This document shows positions 35,648-48,479 of a DNA stretch of 64,000 nt, piece by piece. Numbering within the stretch: position 1 is the stretch's first letter; each line of letters starts with the position of its first letter. The notes beneath the pieces were generated by a model. The model saw nothing but the letters and a program-made list of their open reading frames with translations. It was not told the origin of the DNA and made no database searches. A program made the position numbers and the translations under genes. Where the stretch lies: positions 130,324,001-130,388,000 of the forward strand of contig NC_135802.1 in the NCBI RefSeq assembly GCF_964213995.1, written 5' to 3'. The DNA is from Mustelus asterias. Its lineage: Eukaryota.

Positions 35648-36447
35648 TTGTAACAGGTAAACCACTCATAAGCTGAAAAACCTTTAAACCAAATATCTTT
35701 TGCCAGTCTGGATAAATTAGGCAAAAGCCAGAGCTCCCTTTGAAGACATTTTATGATTCCCCCTGGTCTATCCAACTCTATCCATTTTAAGCTCCATGTA
35801 GAAGATCATCCCATGGGGGCACTCAGGCACCTTTGGTTAAATATGCCTGTAAAGCTCATATTATTAGCAGCTGATGTGTAAGAGTAGCATTCCGTATGGT
35901 AATTTATCGCTAATAGCAATTAAAATGTCAAATCAGAGTATATTACAATAATTGGATTAATTCATTTAACAAACCAGAAATTAAGTCCTTGACCAAACCC
36001 CATCCGCCCCCAGTAAGGTTTTACTCATAAATATCTGTGTATTACAATTGTATAAACTAGCTCCGCAGCTGGAATGACGAAAGGAAAAATTATTTGATTG
36101 TATGCAAGTCGCTGAAAGCAGTCATTTTGGCGCAGGAGCTGATTAATGAATAATTTGAACATGATTTCTGCAATCAGTAGAAATATTCCATATTAAACGC
36201 AGCCAACAAAGAGAAGATTGTGTCCAACTTATAAGGCCAGGAGAGATGGATCACCCAACCTGCAGGAGCTGACACTTGCAGAAGGAAAGAATGTCTGTTT
36301 TCCAGCTCATGAGACGCCTGCAGAAGTTGAAGGCTGTAACGCAAATTAGTATTATCTTTCCAGCCTCTTCAGGAGGCACCAGGATCAGATCTGGACTGGG
36401 GCAGAGAATGCTGAAGGGAAATTGTTTGACCGGCAACACTTAGTTCA

Positions 36448-36608
36448 TGTCCAAAGATGTGTGGGTTAGGTTGATTGGCAATGCTAAATTGACCCTAGTG
36501 TCAGGGGGAATTAGCAGGGTAAATCTATGGGGTTACGGGAATAGGGCCTAGGTGAGATTGTGGGATGAGTGGCCTCCTTCTGCACTGTAGGGCTTTTATG
36601 ATTCTATG
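36448..36608 (+). mobile_element. 5'-truncated HE1-like SINE
   Basis: GTCCAAAGATGTGTGGGTTAGG..GATTCTATG. Confidence 0.8.
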
Positions 36609-36817
36609 TGATTCCCTGGATTAGATTTTGACATCCTGAGAGGTTAGGGAGAACATTCCAGAATATTTTTCCCATCTTTAAGCTTGGGTTTAATTTAGCT
36701 TCTTTTCCTCTTCTAGGTGATTATGTGGCTGTGCAGGGGGTATGGAGTTCAGATGAGGTGGGAGAAACTATCAAGATGGTGTCAGAGTGAGGCCAAATTC
36801 TTGCAAGCAGTTCCCAG

Positions 36818-37045
36818 CATACACTCTCGTTCTATCTTTTATTCTCATTCTATGTTTTTAAAACTGTAACTCTTACAAACTTTCTAATAATGTTCTATTT
36901 AAATCTTTCCCTACACCCTCGCTATGAGTGTAACACTATATTCTTCACCCTCTCCTTTCCTTCTCCCTTTGTACTCTATGAACGGTATGTTTTGTCTGCA
37001 TAGTGCGCAAGAAACAATACTTTTCACAGTATGTTAATACATGTG
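36818..37045 (+). mobile_element. Rex1/Babar LINE 3' UTR
   Basis: GCGCAAGAAACAATACTTTTCAC..AATAAATCAAATCAA; reverse complement of the 41977 and 43492 tails. Confidence 0.75.
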
Positions 37046-38913
37046 TCAATAATAAATCAAATCAAGTCACGGTACGCTCCAGCCATCAAGGTGTAGGCAG
37101 AAGTTAGGGGTCAGCATTGTTTTCTGCATTTTCTGCATCGCTAAGTATTTATTTTTATTTTTTAATTTATAAATTACATATATTCAAATTAGAACATTTC
37201 CAAAATATGACCATATTTATCAGTAACGATCAACTCTCCCCACCCCCACACTGGGAACCTCCTCTACATATAAACTACTCCATAAACTGAAACAAGTCCA
37301 CTTCCTGTAAATCTGGAAGGTCTGGGAGTGGAAAGATGCCATGTTCTGGGCAGGTGAGAACGTGGAGTGAAACCTTGTTACACTGGGTCCCCTTTTTTCA
37401 ACCAGTCAGCTGTGGATCAGTTCCCTTATCCTTTTCCCTATTGCCCTTTCAATTCTCAGCTCACTACAATTTCCTGAAAGGCTCCACCAGTACCTGTCCG
37501 CTCTGTCTTGCCCTGAAAGATATTCTTGTGAAGCAGGCCTCCCATCCTAGCTGAGTGCACTGACTGAAACTGCTTCACCATTCTTCACCCTCACTAAAGC
37601 TGCCCTGAGATCCAGGGTCATTTTGAGTGTTCCTGCTGGGCTGGAAATAAGTGAAAGTGAATCGGCTGCCGGTTTACACTTGGCCCGATGTTTTGATGAG
37701 AAAGAAAATTGGGCAGAATGTAAAATGGGCGCACAACCCACTACCACCCTTTCCCCCACCCACTAGGTCGATCAACACCAATGAGATACTGAACAAATGC
37801 AGGTCTGGGGACAGAACCTGGAATTTGTTGTTCCAATTTTATGGGAGTAATGTTTGAAGGTGTTAATGGCGGGCAGAGTCTGTGGAGAATTTATACCTAT
37901 AAGACATGCAATGCGGGCTGGTGGAATTTGACTTGGTTGCTAATTCCTACCTGGCTTGTCCATTACTACATAAAGTACCATGTTGACCGTATAGCACAGT
38001 GAGTATGAAGCCAAAGGTCTTCCTGGCTGCCACATTATTGGAGATGGGTGAAGTTATTCCACCAATGCAAGAGGATGAGCAGGTTGGGCACCATTAATCA
38101 GAGGACATTATGGATGGCAAAGGCTAAACATTTAAGTTACAATTGCTCAGTTTGAAAGACTTATTTATCATTAAATGCTGATTTACCAAAAGAAAAGTGA
38201 GCGTGGAATTGTGGGCACCAAATTAAATCACTGGAATATTTTCAGGCCAACATAGGAATTGAATTCATAATCATCATTGTTTGTGTAACCAAGCCTATCA
38301 TTGATTTTAGCTCGCACCTGATTATCACATCACGCTTCTATCAATTCTCCCATTTGAAACGTAAACTAAATTGATCAGTCTTGTCTACCGGGAGACTTCA
38401 ACCCTTTGAAAATTAAATTTTGTGAAACACCTCTCTGTCATATTCAGGTCAAGAGCATTATTACTCATAAACACTAATTAATTTATCAATACTAAACTGA
38501 CAGCACCAAGTGTGACTTATCTGAGATTTTGCTGTTGCCTTGTTTGCCAAGATGATGTGCAATTGTGCAGAGTACAAACTGTTCCACACTTCATTGGACC
38601 AAATACTATTTATTTATTTGTTTACTGTTTCAAAGGCTGGATCAAGACCTCGTGTTTACATTGTATTATAATGGCTAAAGTGGTGAGTCCAATTATTTAT
38701 TGACATTTTCACTGATTAAAGTACTGGCAAAATTCCTTGAATCCAAGCTTCCAGTGGGGAGCAAAGATCAGAGATAGAATTATAATAATGTAGTTCTGTT
38801 TCTTGTGAGTTGTTGTTAGGCTAATTCCCACGATAGGGTGAATCCAAACATGACTTTCCCCTTCATTATTTTCAGTGCTCGGTGGAAGCAAAGTGAATGG
38901 TGAATCTTGGTGA

Positions 38914-39140
38914 ACACAGTAAGAAGTCTCACAACACCAGGTTAAAAGTCCAACAGATTTATTTGGTTGCAAAAGCCACTAGCTTTCGGAGTGCTGCCCC
39001 TTTGACCTGACGAAGTTGCAGCGCTCCGAAAGCTAGTGGCTTTTGCTACCAAATAAACCTGTTGGACTTTAACCTGGTGTTGTGAGACTTCTTACTGTGT
39101 TTAACCCAGTCCAACGCCGGCATCTCCACATCATGACTAC
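38914..39140. mobile_element. Penelope-like inverted-repeat element with ~12-bp TSD
   Basis: Inverted arms with almost no spacer; TSD GAATCTTG[G/A]TGA at 38902-38913 and 39141-39152; CTGACGA..CGAAAGCTAGTGG core at ~39007-39039. Confidence 0.8.
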
Positions 39141-39849
39141 GAATCTTGATGAGGCAGAAGCCCTATTTTGTCAAACAAGTTATGCCAACCCCAGCAGTCT
39201 ATGGCCTGGAGTTTAGTCTGTGCAACATACAATTTCCAAATGTTTCTCAGACTGTCTCAACAAATTACAGGTAATAAGCGTGCACACATTTCTGACCACA
39301 AGTGCATCCAGCAGCACCTTGGCTAAGGACAAGATACATCTATCCTTTGCCATCCTTGAAACAGGCATGGGAAACAGGGGAAGAAAGCTCCTTGTAAGGC
39401 CATGTTAAAGGAACTCACCGCTATTGTTTGCATCCCCCAATTGCCACTGCTCCATATACCCCCATTGCTGCTCCTAGCTCCGACCTCCAATATCTCTCCC
39501 TTGACCCACAGCCCCCAATGTTCAGCCCCCGCAGTTCCTGATTGCAGTCTCGACTACCAATCCTTTGGAAGCTTCAGGTATTTATATTTTAGTGGGTGAT
39601 AGATATTTTTCTGTGCCTAGGTGAGTATTTTTTAACCATTCCAATACCCAGCCTTATGTGAGTGAGCGATGTCACTGCGAATAACTATGTGAAACCAATT
39701 CTCAGAGGAGACTGTTGGGTTAGAAATCAATTTGCACCTTTAAAGAAAAAGCTTGTATGTAACACTTATAATAAAATATAAATCCAAGTGAAGTATATTG
39801 AGCAAATCCTGCACTGTCAGGTGAATCATTAAACAAAAGCCTTGATTGC

Positions 39850-40110
39850 TGCCTTTTCAGGTGGATATTAAAAATCCCTTGTCACTATTGAAAGAAGCGC
39901 CAGCTCTCCGGTGCTATGGTCAATATTTATCCCTCAACCAATATCAATTAAATAGATTATCTGGTTAGTTAGCTTGTTGACACTTTTGGGAACTTGTTGT
40001 GAGCAAATCCGGCTGATGGCTTTCTTGCATTATAATTCAAAAACTGTTACGTTAGCAGCAACTTGCTTTGTGATACCCTATAGTTATTAAATGTGCTGTA
40101 TAAATGGCAA
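39850..40110 (+). mobile_element. Deu-domain SINE (SacSINE1/AmnSINE1-like), old
   Basis: CAGGTGGATATTAAAAATCCC..CAATATTTATCCCTCAACCAA..AGATTATCTGGT. Confidence 0.75.
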
Positions 40111-40192
40111 TTCTCAGGAATTCACCAACTTCTCAGGAAGGGAGGTTGAAAGACTCACAACCCTCTGAGAGAAAAGAATTTTGCCTCACCTA

Positions 40193-41283
40193 GGGCGGCA
40201 CGGTGGCACAATGGTTAGCACTGCTGCCTCACAATGCCATGGACTCAGGTTCGATTCCCTGCTTGGGTCACTGTGTGGAGTTTGCACATTCTCCCCGTGT
40301 CTGTGTGGGTTTCCTCCGGATGCTCCAGTTTCCTACCACAATCTAAAGATGTGTGTGTTAGGTTGATTGGCCATGCTAAATTGCCCGTTAGTGTCAGGGG
40401 AACTAGCTAGGGTAAATACATGTGGTTATGGGGTTAGAGCCTGGGTGGGATTGTGTGCAGACTCAATGGGCCAAATGGTCTCCTTCTGCACTGTATGATT
40501 CTCATCTCCATTTTAAATTAATGACCCTTTATATTTGTACAGTGATCCTGAGTTGGGGCAGCGTGGTGGCACAGTGGTTAGCACTGCTGCCTCACAGCAC
40601 CAAGGATCTGGGTTCGATTCCTGGCTTGGGCCACTGTCTGTTGGATTTTGCACATTCTCCCTGTGTCTGTGTGGGTTTTTTCCGGGTGCTCTGGTTTCCT
40701 CCCACAGTCCAAAGATTTGCTGGTTAGGTGCATTGACCATGTTAAACTCTCCCTCGGTTTACCCAAACCGGTGCCGGGGTGTGGCGACTAGGGGATTTTC
40801 ATGGTAACTTCATTACAGTGTGAATGTAAGCCTATTTGTGACTAATAAATAAATTTTAACTTTTCTAGATTCTCCCACAAGAGAAAACATCCTTTCCACA
40901 TCCATCCTGTCAATACCCTTGAGGATCTTAAAGGTTTCAATAAAGTCGTCTCTTACTCTTGCACTCGGGTAACACGGTGGCACAGTGATTGGCACTGTTG
41001 CCTCACAGCGCCAGGGACCTGGGTTCAATTCTGGCCTGGGATCACTATTTGTGTGGAGTTTGCACATTCTCCCCGTGTCTGCGTGGGTTTCCTCCGGTTT
41101 CCTCCCACAGTCCAAAGGTGTGCGCGTTATGTTGATTGACCATGGTAAATTGCCCCTTATTATCTGAGGGACCAGCAGAGTAAACACATGGGGTTACGGG
41201 AATAGGGCCTGGATGGGATTGTGGTCGGTGCTGACTTGATGGGCTGAATGGCTTCCTTCTGCACTATAGGATTCTATGATTCT
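40193..41283 (+). mobile_element. cluster of three HE1-like SINEs (40193-40502, 40555-40858 alternative tail, 40968-41283) within an old minus-strand CR1 (~40110-41460)
   Basis: Three HE1 heads; CR1 pieces (ETFKILKGIDR, CAGTTTAGAGAAGGTTTACT) between and after them. Confidence 0.85.
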
Positions 41284-41976
41284 AGTAGGTACAAACATAA
41301 CCTGTTCAACCTGTCCTCATAACACAACCCACCCATTCCAGGTATTAGTCGAGTAAACCTTCTCTAAACTGCTTCCAACGCATTTACATCCTTCCTTAAA
41401 TAAGATGACTAATACTGCACACAGTAATCCAGGTGTGGTCTCACTAGTGCTCTGTATTTTCCTTGCACACAGTGCCTAACCTCTTCAACTTTTTAAGAAT
41501 CCTAACAGATTGGCCTGATGCATTATCTGACTGAAATATTCGAATGTCTGAGCTCACTCAATGGACAGACTCTTAACAGCACAGACCACATACACAAGCT
41601 TTGTATTGAAAGGCTGGTGACAGGTCAGGAGCCAGTCTGTGTTTGCAAGTGGGCTTTGCTGTGGCTATTTAACACATTCATGGATAGCAGCCCACTGCTA
41701 GGTTTTCTGACCAATCAGAAGACAGGTGGAATCTCTCAGAGGAAGGATGTGTAGTTAAAGGGAGTGCTAGCAGATTTCAGAATGATTGATTCCCATGGCT
41801 GCAGCAACCACGGGAATGGAAAGGAGCTGGGAAGGCTGTTCTTTCCTCTACCCCCACCATCCTCAGACCTTGGGCTCTTATCTGGAGGTCCTGCATTGGG
41901 ACCAAGGGGGTTGAAGCCAATTGATGTTTGTGAAGGATGGGAAGAAGAGGACAGCCTCTCAAACTAAACAGGCATG

Positions 41977-42488
41977 GATTTGATTTGATTTATTATTGTC
42001 ACATGTGTTAGTAGACAGTGAAAAGTATTGTTTCTTGCGCGCTATACAGACAAACCATACCGTTCATACAGGAGAGTACAGAATATAGTGTTACAGTCAT
42101 AGCTAGGGGTCTAAAGAAAGATCAACTTAGTGCAAGATAGGTCCACTCAAGAGTCTGATGGCAATAGGGAAGAAGCTGTTCTTGAGTCGGTTGGTACGTG
42201 ACCTCAGACTTTAGTATCTTTTTCCCGACAGGAGAAGGTGGAAGAGAGAATGTTCGGGGTGCGTGGGGTCCTTAATTATGCTGGCTGCTTTGCCGAGGCA
42301 GCGGAAAGTGTAGACAGAGTCAGTGGATGGGAGGCTGGTTTGCGTGACGGATTGGGCTTCATTCACAATCTTTTGTAGCTTCTTGCAGTCTTGGGCAGAG
42401 CAGGAGCCATACCAAGCTGTGATACAACCAGGAAGAATGCTTTCTATGGTGCATCTGTAAACGTTTGTGAGAGTCATAGCTGACACGC
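41977..42488 (-). mobile_element. Rex1/Babar LINE 3' end
   Basis: TLTNVYRCTIESILPGCITAWYGSC..KAASIIKDPTHPEHSLFHLLLSGKRY; (ATCAA)n tail. Confidence 0.9.
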
Positions 42489-42815
42489 CAGATGGCAGCA
42501 GCTGAGGGACCGACAACAGGACAACAAGATTCCTTTGAATCTGTGAGGTATACAAGAGATTCAGGGGCCTTGGAGGACAGGGAAGGTGAGTGGTATAACA
42601 CTTCCTGCTGCCAAGTCCACACTGTGATTTTCCCTGCATTTTCCTGCAAAGATATTACACATCAAAATGTATCAACACCATGTGATCCAAAGCTGCAACT
42701 TCCCCTTGTATTCATCTATCATTACTGTTGGATTTAGAATGGACAAAATACAGAGAATGTTTGATGGTGCAAAGGGACCTGATGCTCTGCCGTTCTTCCC
42801 AGCAGGCCTGAATAG

Positions 42816-42990
42816 ATTTGATTGATTTATTATTGTCACATGTACTAACATACAATGAAAAGTATTGTTTCTTGCACGCTATACAGACAAAACATACCGT
42901 TCATAGAGAAGGAAATGAGAGAGTGCAGAATGTAGTGTTACAGTCATAGCTAGGATGTAGAGAAAGATCAACTTAATGCAAGGTAGAATA
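42816..42990 (-). mobile_element. Rex1/Babar 3' UTR fragment
   Basis: Matches 41977-42140. Confidence 0.8.
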
Positions 42991-43374
42991 GAATAGATGA
43001 ACATGGCTAAGATAGTAGAAAAAGACAATGGGGCCAGAAACCTGCAGACATTTCTCTAACTGCATCCTGCTCTGAGTATGGATTGGCCATCCATTCGGCC
43101 AGGACATAACAGTGGCTTTTGTCTTCCCCATCAGTTGCAGTGGGTCTCGTTTGAGGCAGGATCTCTCTCTCAGGGTCAAACATTGTCCTCCAGGTCGGAA
43201 GGAATGTTGCCAGAGGAGAGGATTAGAAAGCATAAGCCCATGATTTGACACGATTGGAAGATCTGGCTTGAATTTTGCTATTTGTGCTTATGTCCACTCA
43301 TCCTGTAACCCTAGTTGATACTGATGGTCTACTCCTGCCCTTATTTCTTGTGCTTTTGTATAATCCATTCTACT

Positions 43375-43470
43375 GATGTTGAGGGATAAATATTGACCAG
43401 GATATGCGAACTCCCCTGCTCTATTGACATGGATCTTTTGCATACACCTAGGAGAGCAGAAGGACCTTTG
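43375..43470 (-). mobile_element. Deu-domain SINE fragment
   Basis: GTTGAGGGATAAATATTGACCAGGA..GAACTCCCCTGCTCT. Confidence 0.65.
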
Positions 43471-43491
43471 CTTCAGAGTTTTGGTCTCTCT

Positions 43492-43900
43492 TTTGATTTG
43501 ATTTGATTTATTATTGTCCCATGTATTAGTATACAGTGAAAAGTATTATTTCTTGCGCGCTATACAGGCAAAGCATACCGTTCATAGAGAAGGAAAGGAG
43601 AAAGTGCAGAATGTAGTGTTACAGTCATAGCTAGGGTGTAGAGAAAGATCAACTTAATGCAAGGTAGGTCCATTCAAAAGTCTGATGGCAGCAGGGAAGA
43701 AGCTGTTCTGAGTCGGTTGGTACATGACCTCAGACTTTTGTATCTTTTTCTTGACGGAAGAAGATGGAAGAGAGTATGTCCGGGGTGCGTGGGGTCCTTG
43801 ATTATGCTGGCTGCTTTTCCGAGGCAGTGGGAAGTTTAGATGGAGTCAATGGATGGGAGACTGGTTTGTGTGATAGACTGGGCTTCATTGTAGTTTCTTC
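43492..43900 (-). mobile_element. Rex1/Babar LINE 3' end
   Basis: Close match to 41977-42390. Confidence 0.88.
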
Positions 43901-44977
43901 AGGGAATTAAGGGAGAAGGATTTGTAGCCCAAGGTCAGCCATGATAGAATTGAGTGGCGGAGAAGGCTGAACCAGCCATTTGATGTACTTCTGCTCCTAT
44001 TCCTTGTGTTCCTCCATTGATATATATCGTACATCCTCTGCATAGGAATGAGGCAATAGAGGGGCAACAGCTGTGAAATCAGAAGCAGATAAAATCCAGC
44101 AAATTGACTGACATGAGATTAATAAATTTGTGTAAAATCACTTCCTTTCTCCTGCATGACTAATTTTTCGTCAACCATTTTAACAATTAGCTGTAACGTG
44201 CTATAGGGTAGACTGGCTGTATTACAAGAGAAAAATAATTGTCTTTATTAACAGCAGCAAATTACACTTAGAAACTAAAAGGAATAAAATCTAATGCAGC
44301 AGTGTTAAGGAACACATAGGCACTAATTAACGTAATTCTTCCCTTTAATGACATCAGGCAGTATTATCTTCAACTGTTTCAATGTGTTAAAATGGAAACC
44401 TGGCACTGTAAAAAAAACCATGGAAAAAACATACCAGTTAAGAGCCAGTGACAAAGGATTATTTTTTGCCAGGAAAAAAACATTTACACCAAGCTATTAC
44501 ACCAAGGCATTGTCAATTTGTTAAAATACTTACAATTACTACATTTGGCATCTGGTTCCATGATAATCATGAAAATTTGTCAAGTTTTTAACAACATTCT
44601 AGCAGATTGCTTATGCTCAACAGAAGACACCTTTTATTTCACAACTGTGACACTGGTATGTCAGTCACGTTACATTGATGAGGATTCATTGAACAATAAA
44701 TCATCAACTTGTCTGGTTTGTAGGTGGTTAATAGGCATTGAAACCTCTAATCCTGTTGTTTCCTCCATAGGTGAAGGAAATGTTACCTTTGCCCTTTTAC
44801 AGCTGAACAGTATTCAGAGACCCACCAAAGGAAAGTGGAATGTAGCTTGTATACGAGATAAGAAACTGTACAGATTTTAAACTCAATAATATAATTGAGT
44901 GAAAGATCTACTCATTGGTCATATTTGGGATCTGTATTGTGCCTAGATTCTTTGGAGCGGTGCTTATATTAAATTGT

Positions 44978-45108
44978 GGCAAGAATTCTCCGACTTCACC
45001 TGGGATTCTCCGATCCCACTGCAATGAATGAAGCTTTTTTGCTAAGCACCAAATTCTCCATTATCCCTGGCCGCAGTGGCAAGGCATACGAGACCGGCAA
45101 ATTCCGGC
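44978..45108. mobile_element. short Harbinger-like MITE
   Basis: GGCAAGAATTCTCC ... GGCAAATTCCGGC followed by TAA. Confidence 0.5.
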
Positions 45109-45671
45109 TAATGTTTCAAGGATGTTGTGTTTCAGATTTTAACCAGAAGATTAGCAAAATTGCTGGGGGAGATGAGGAGAAATGTTTTTTTCACTCAGCA
45201 AGCTGTTGTGATCCAGAGTGCATTGTCTGGAGGTGAATTCAATGGTAATTTTCAAAAAGGAAGTGGATATGTACTTAAGAAGATAAAATTTGCAGAGCTG
45301 CAGGGGAGTGGGACAATCAGAAATTTCATTCGCAGAGCTGGTACTGGCATGATGGATCCGGTGGCGTCCTTCTATACAGTATTATTCTCTGAATCTATAA
45401 TTCTCAGAGAAACAAGTACTCATGGGTGTGAAGGATTATATATAGAATGGTAAAGTATCAATTTTGTTAATGTCCAACAGTAGTGATGATTAGTAGAGAT
45501 AAGCTCTCCACTAGTGAAGCCAAATATTGTCCGCCCCAATTCCGGGGCAGGCGATGTTCCCAGAACGGAATCTCCGGTGTCCTCGGGCAGGATTTTACGA
45601 TCTTGGCCGAATGAGGCCATATAATCCCGCCCTAAGTGTTTGAGAAATTTTTCAACAGTCTCTTTTATTTA

Positions 45672-45772
45672 GCTCTGACGAAGGGTCATCTCGACTCAAA
45701 AAGTTGGCTCTACTTTCTCCCCACAGATGCTGTCAGACTTGCTGAGATTTTCCAGCATTTTCTGTTTTTGTC
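45672..45772 (+). mobile_element. Penelope-like fragment with decayed hammerhead motif
   Basis: CTGACGAAGGGTCATCTCGACTCAAAAAGTT..CCACAGATGCTG..TTCCAGCATTTTCTGTTTTTG. Confidence 0.6.
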
Positions 45773-46295
45773 CCTTTTATTTAGTTCTGTAAGTTGACAA
45801 TGTGTCAACTTATAGGACTAAATATTTGTTGCCATTAATTATTTGGCATCTCGAGCTGGCTACTGGCTGGATAGACATACATGCTTCAAATGCAAAATAA
45901 GCAACTATTCAATAGCAGTTTAAAGTAGTCCTGTCAGTCAACATGTCTTTATTGGCCATAATCTTCATAACTTGATAAGATGTAGTGCACAAATTGTGGC
46001 AGGATTCTTAGACAGAGACCTGCAAAATGTTCTATCACATTGGCCAAATTTTCCATTCCAGCCTAAATTCCATGGTGGGGGAGGGAACCGGGAATGTTTC
46101 GTGCTGTGGAGCTGGGTGGGAATTTGAGGCAAATCATACAATGCTGGGCTCATTAATTATGGAGTCGGAGTTTCCCGATGCATTGCGTGGTGGGACAGTT
46201 GGATGACATGTGCCCTGCTGTCATATCTGGGTGCCATATTTAAAAGGCGCCTGGACATCAATTTCTTTGTTGTGAACCCAGTCTGGAAGGAGGAG

Positions 46296-47045
46296 ATGGA
46301 CCGTAGATCCCAGGGAACTCTGGCTTCCAGATTCAGTAACACTTCCCTCAATGCAGTGGAGAGCAGGAGAGGCGTCCTGTACCCTGAGGATGGGTCCAAT
46401 CCTGCATGGGAGGATGTCGCCAGGGTGGCCAATGTCCATGGCCACCATTGGAGGACTGCCCTGCAAAGCTGAAAATGCATGAATGACCTCACCCGCATCA
46501 CCAGGGTAAGTGAACCCTCAACTGCTCACATTCACTTTACTGAAAGGTACGGGGCACATGGACGTCAAGGGCACCATCTGTGCAGCCCATGTACAAAAGG
46601 GCTACACAACGTGATAAGGTGATGCCTCATAGCCCCACCCCAGTCCAACTAGTCTGCAGGTGGAGAGGCCACTGAAGGTCCACACAGAGCTCTGATGTTG
46701 TCGGGATGGGAGGGCATGGTTAGTTGTTGAGGGTACCAGCAAACACCACTAATGACATGCTTCTGTGTCTCTCTCCATCTATCTGCCCTGGAGGCTGCTG
46801 TCCCAGAGAGCTTGCGGACAACCTGCAGTGCATCAATCACATTGCCCTCAATCCGGTGGGTTATATGTAAAGCTGGAAGCATGAGAAAGATACATGAAAT
46901 CCAATTGCTCTCAATCCCATCTTCTCTCTTAGTGAAGAAAAAGTTATAGTACAACAGGAGGGAGAAGACATGAGGGGGCCTGCCTGAAGCCAGGAACTTT
47001 ACCGAGTTTGAGGAGTGGGCAGGCGAGCTGACAGGGGAGGACATG
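46296..47045 (+). pseudogene. PIF/Harbinger Myb/SANT-like (NAIF1-like) gene relic, two exons, inside a TIR element (~46042-47239)
   Basis: Exon 46296-46505 ..SRFSNTSLNAVESRRGVLYP..AWEDVARVAN..RTALQS*KCMNDL then GTAAG donor; second exon ~46935 KKL*YNRREKT*GGLPEARNFTEFEE. Confidence 0.75.
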
Positions 47046-48290
47046 CCGGCAGGAATGATAACCTGTCACGAAGGGTGGGAGCGTACAGTCCTGTCATTAT
47101 TTCATGCTAGCGGGTAACCGGTTTTTCAGCTCCTGTCTCATTAGTCACCCCTCTCCACCCCGCTCCTTTCTCACCTCCCCCCTGCCGCACCTCGGCTGTC
47201 CTTAAAGCCGCTCCTGTTGGGACTGGAAAACCCCTGGCATTAAAATGTTTGCTGGAGCAGGTTCCAAACTTCACTTTGACGTATTTGTTCAGCTTATTTT
47301 ACACTGTAAACTAACACAGCTGCTCCAAAACATACCTTTCAATTTCTGGAGACAGCAAAAACATGCTAACATGTGCTGTGAATTGGAATGTGCAACTATT
47401 GTGGATTGAAGGCAGATTTTCTCTGGCTTTTACCTATTTAACCTGTCGGATTTTGTGGCAGAAAGTGCTTCATTTTTGTCTAAGGTTTCGCTTACTTTGG
47501 GCTTTTTCACTTCAGTCATGTTACATAAGGGATTAAAGAAGGTTTTGCTTTAGGTTTTACTTGGTAAAATGTTTTACTCATGGCTGATCATATCAAAGAA
47601 GTTTGTTTAGAGGGAGGAGCCAGGACATGCAATTCAAATATACCATGTGACTTGTTCAAATATATGTTTGATTGGCAGTTCTTTTAAAATTTGAGAGATA
47701 AATCTGGTGACTATTTTGAAAGTATTTCTTAAGGTGGACATACTAAATTAATGAGCATTATCTGAAGGTTTTAACCAGCCTAATAGTTAAGGTGGACAAT
47801 TGTTGGGTAAAGAGGAAAATGCAATCTCAATTGATTAGTGAGTTGAATTATAAATTATTTGTGATGTTTTATGATACAAAGACATATGGTTTTGTGTTGC
47901 AAAGTTTCACCACTATAGTGGGAAATCATGTTAAATATCTCTGATATATTCAGTTGTCCTATTGTTGGTCAATGAATTTGTTTGGTCATTCCTGTGCTGC
48001 CAGTCACTTAAAAGAAGGTAATTCTGATGCCCTCGGCACAAGATAGAACCAGCAGCTAAAGCAGAATTAATAAAAGTTCTCTGTTTATTTTCCTGGACAC
48101 AATATCCAACCTACTTAGAAATCACAGCAGATGTAAATCTTTCAAAGGTGATAGAAGTGAGGGCCCAATGAGAGTGTGAAACACAGAAGCTAAAGATATC
48201 CAAATCTAGACTGAAATTAGGGCAAAAAGATCTCAAACCCCTTACTGATCTCATTCAAATGTGACTGCACTTTCCAGCAATATATATATA

Positions 48291-48435
48291 GGCCGGAATT
48301 CTCTGCCCATTTACACCGGCGGAATTCTCTGGTCCCGCTGGCAGCGCACCCCTACCTGTGGGTCTTCTGCCGGCATGGGGTGACGTCAATGGGAATTCCT
48401 ATTGACAGTGCTAGGACGAGAGAATCCCGCTGCTA
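48291..48435. mobile_element. short Harbinger-like MITE
   Basis: GGCCGGAATTCTC..GGCGGAATTCTCTGGTCC..GAGAATCCCGC after a TA run. Confidence 0.5.
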
Positions 48436-48479
48436 GGTAAGCCATATGTCTTTACAATTGTGAATCAAGTGCAGGAAGT

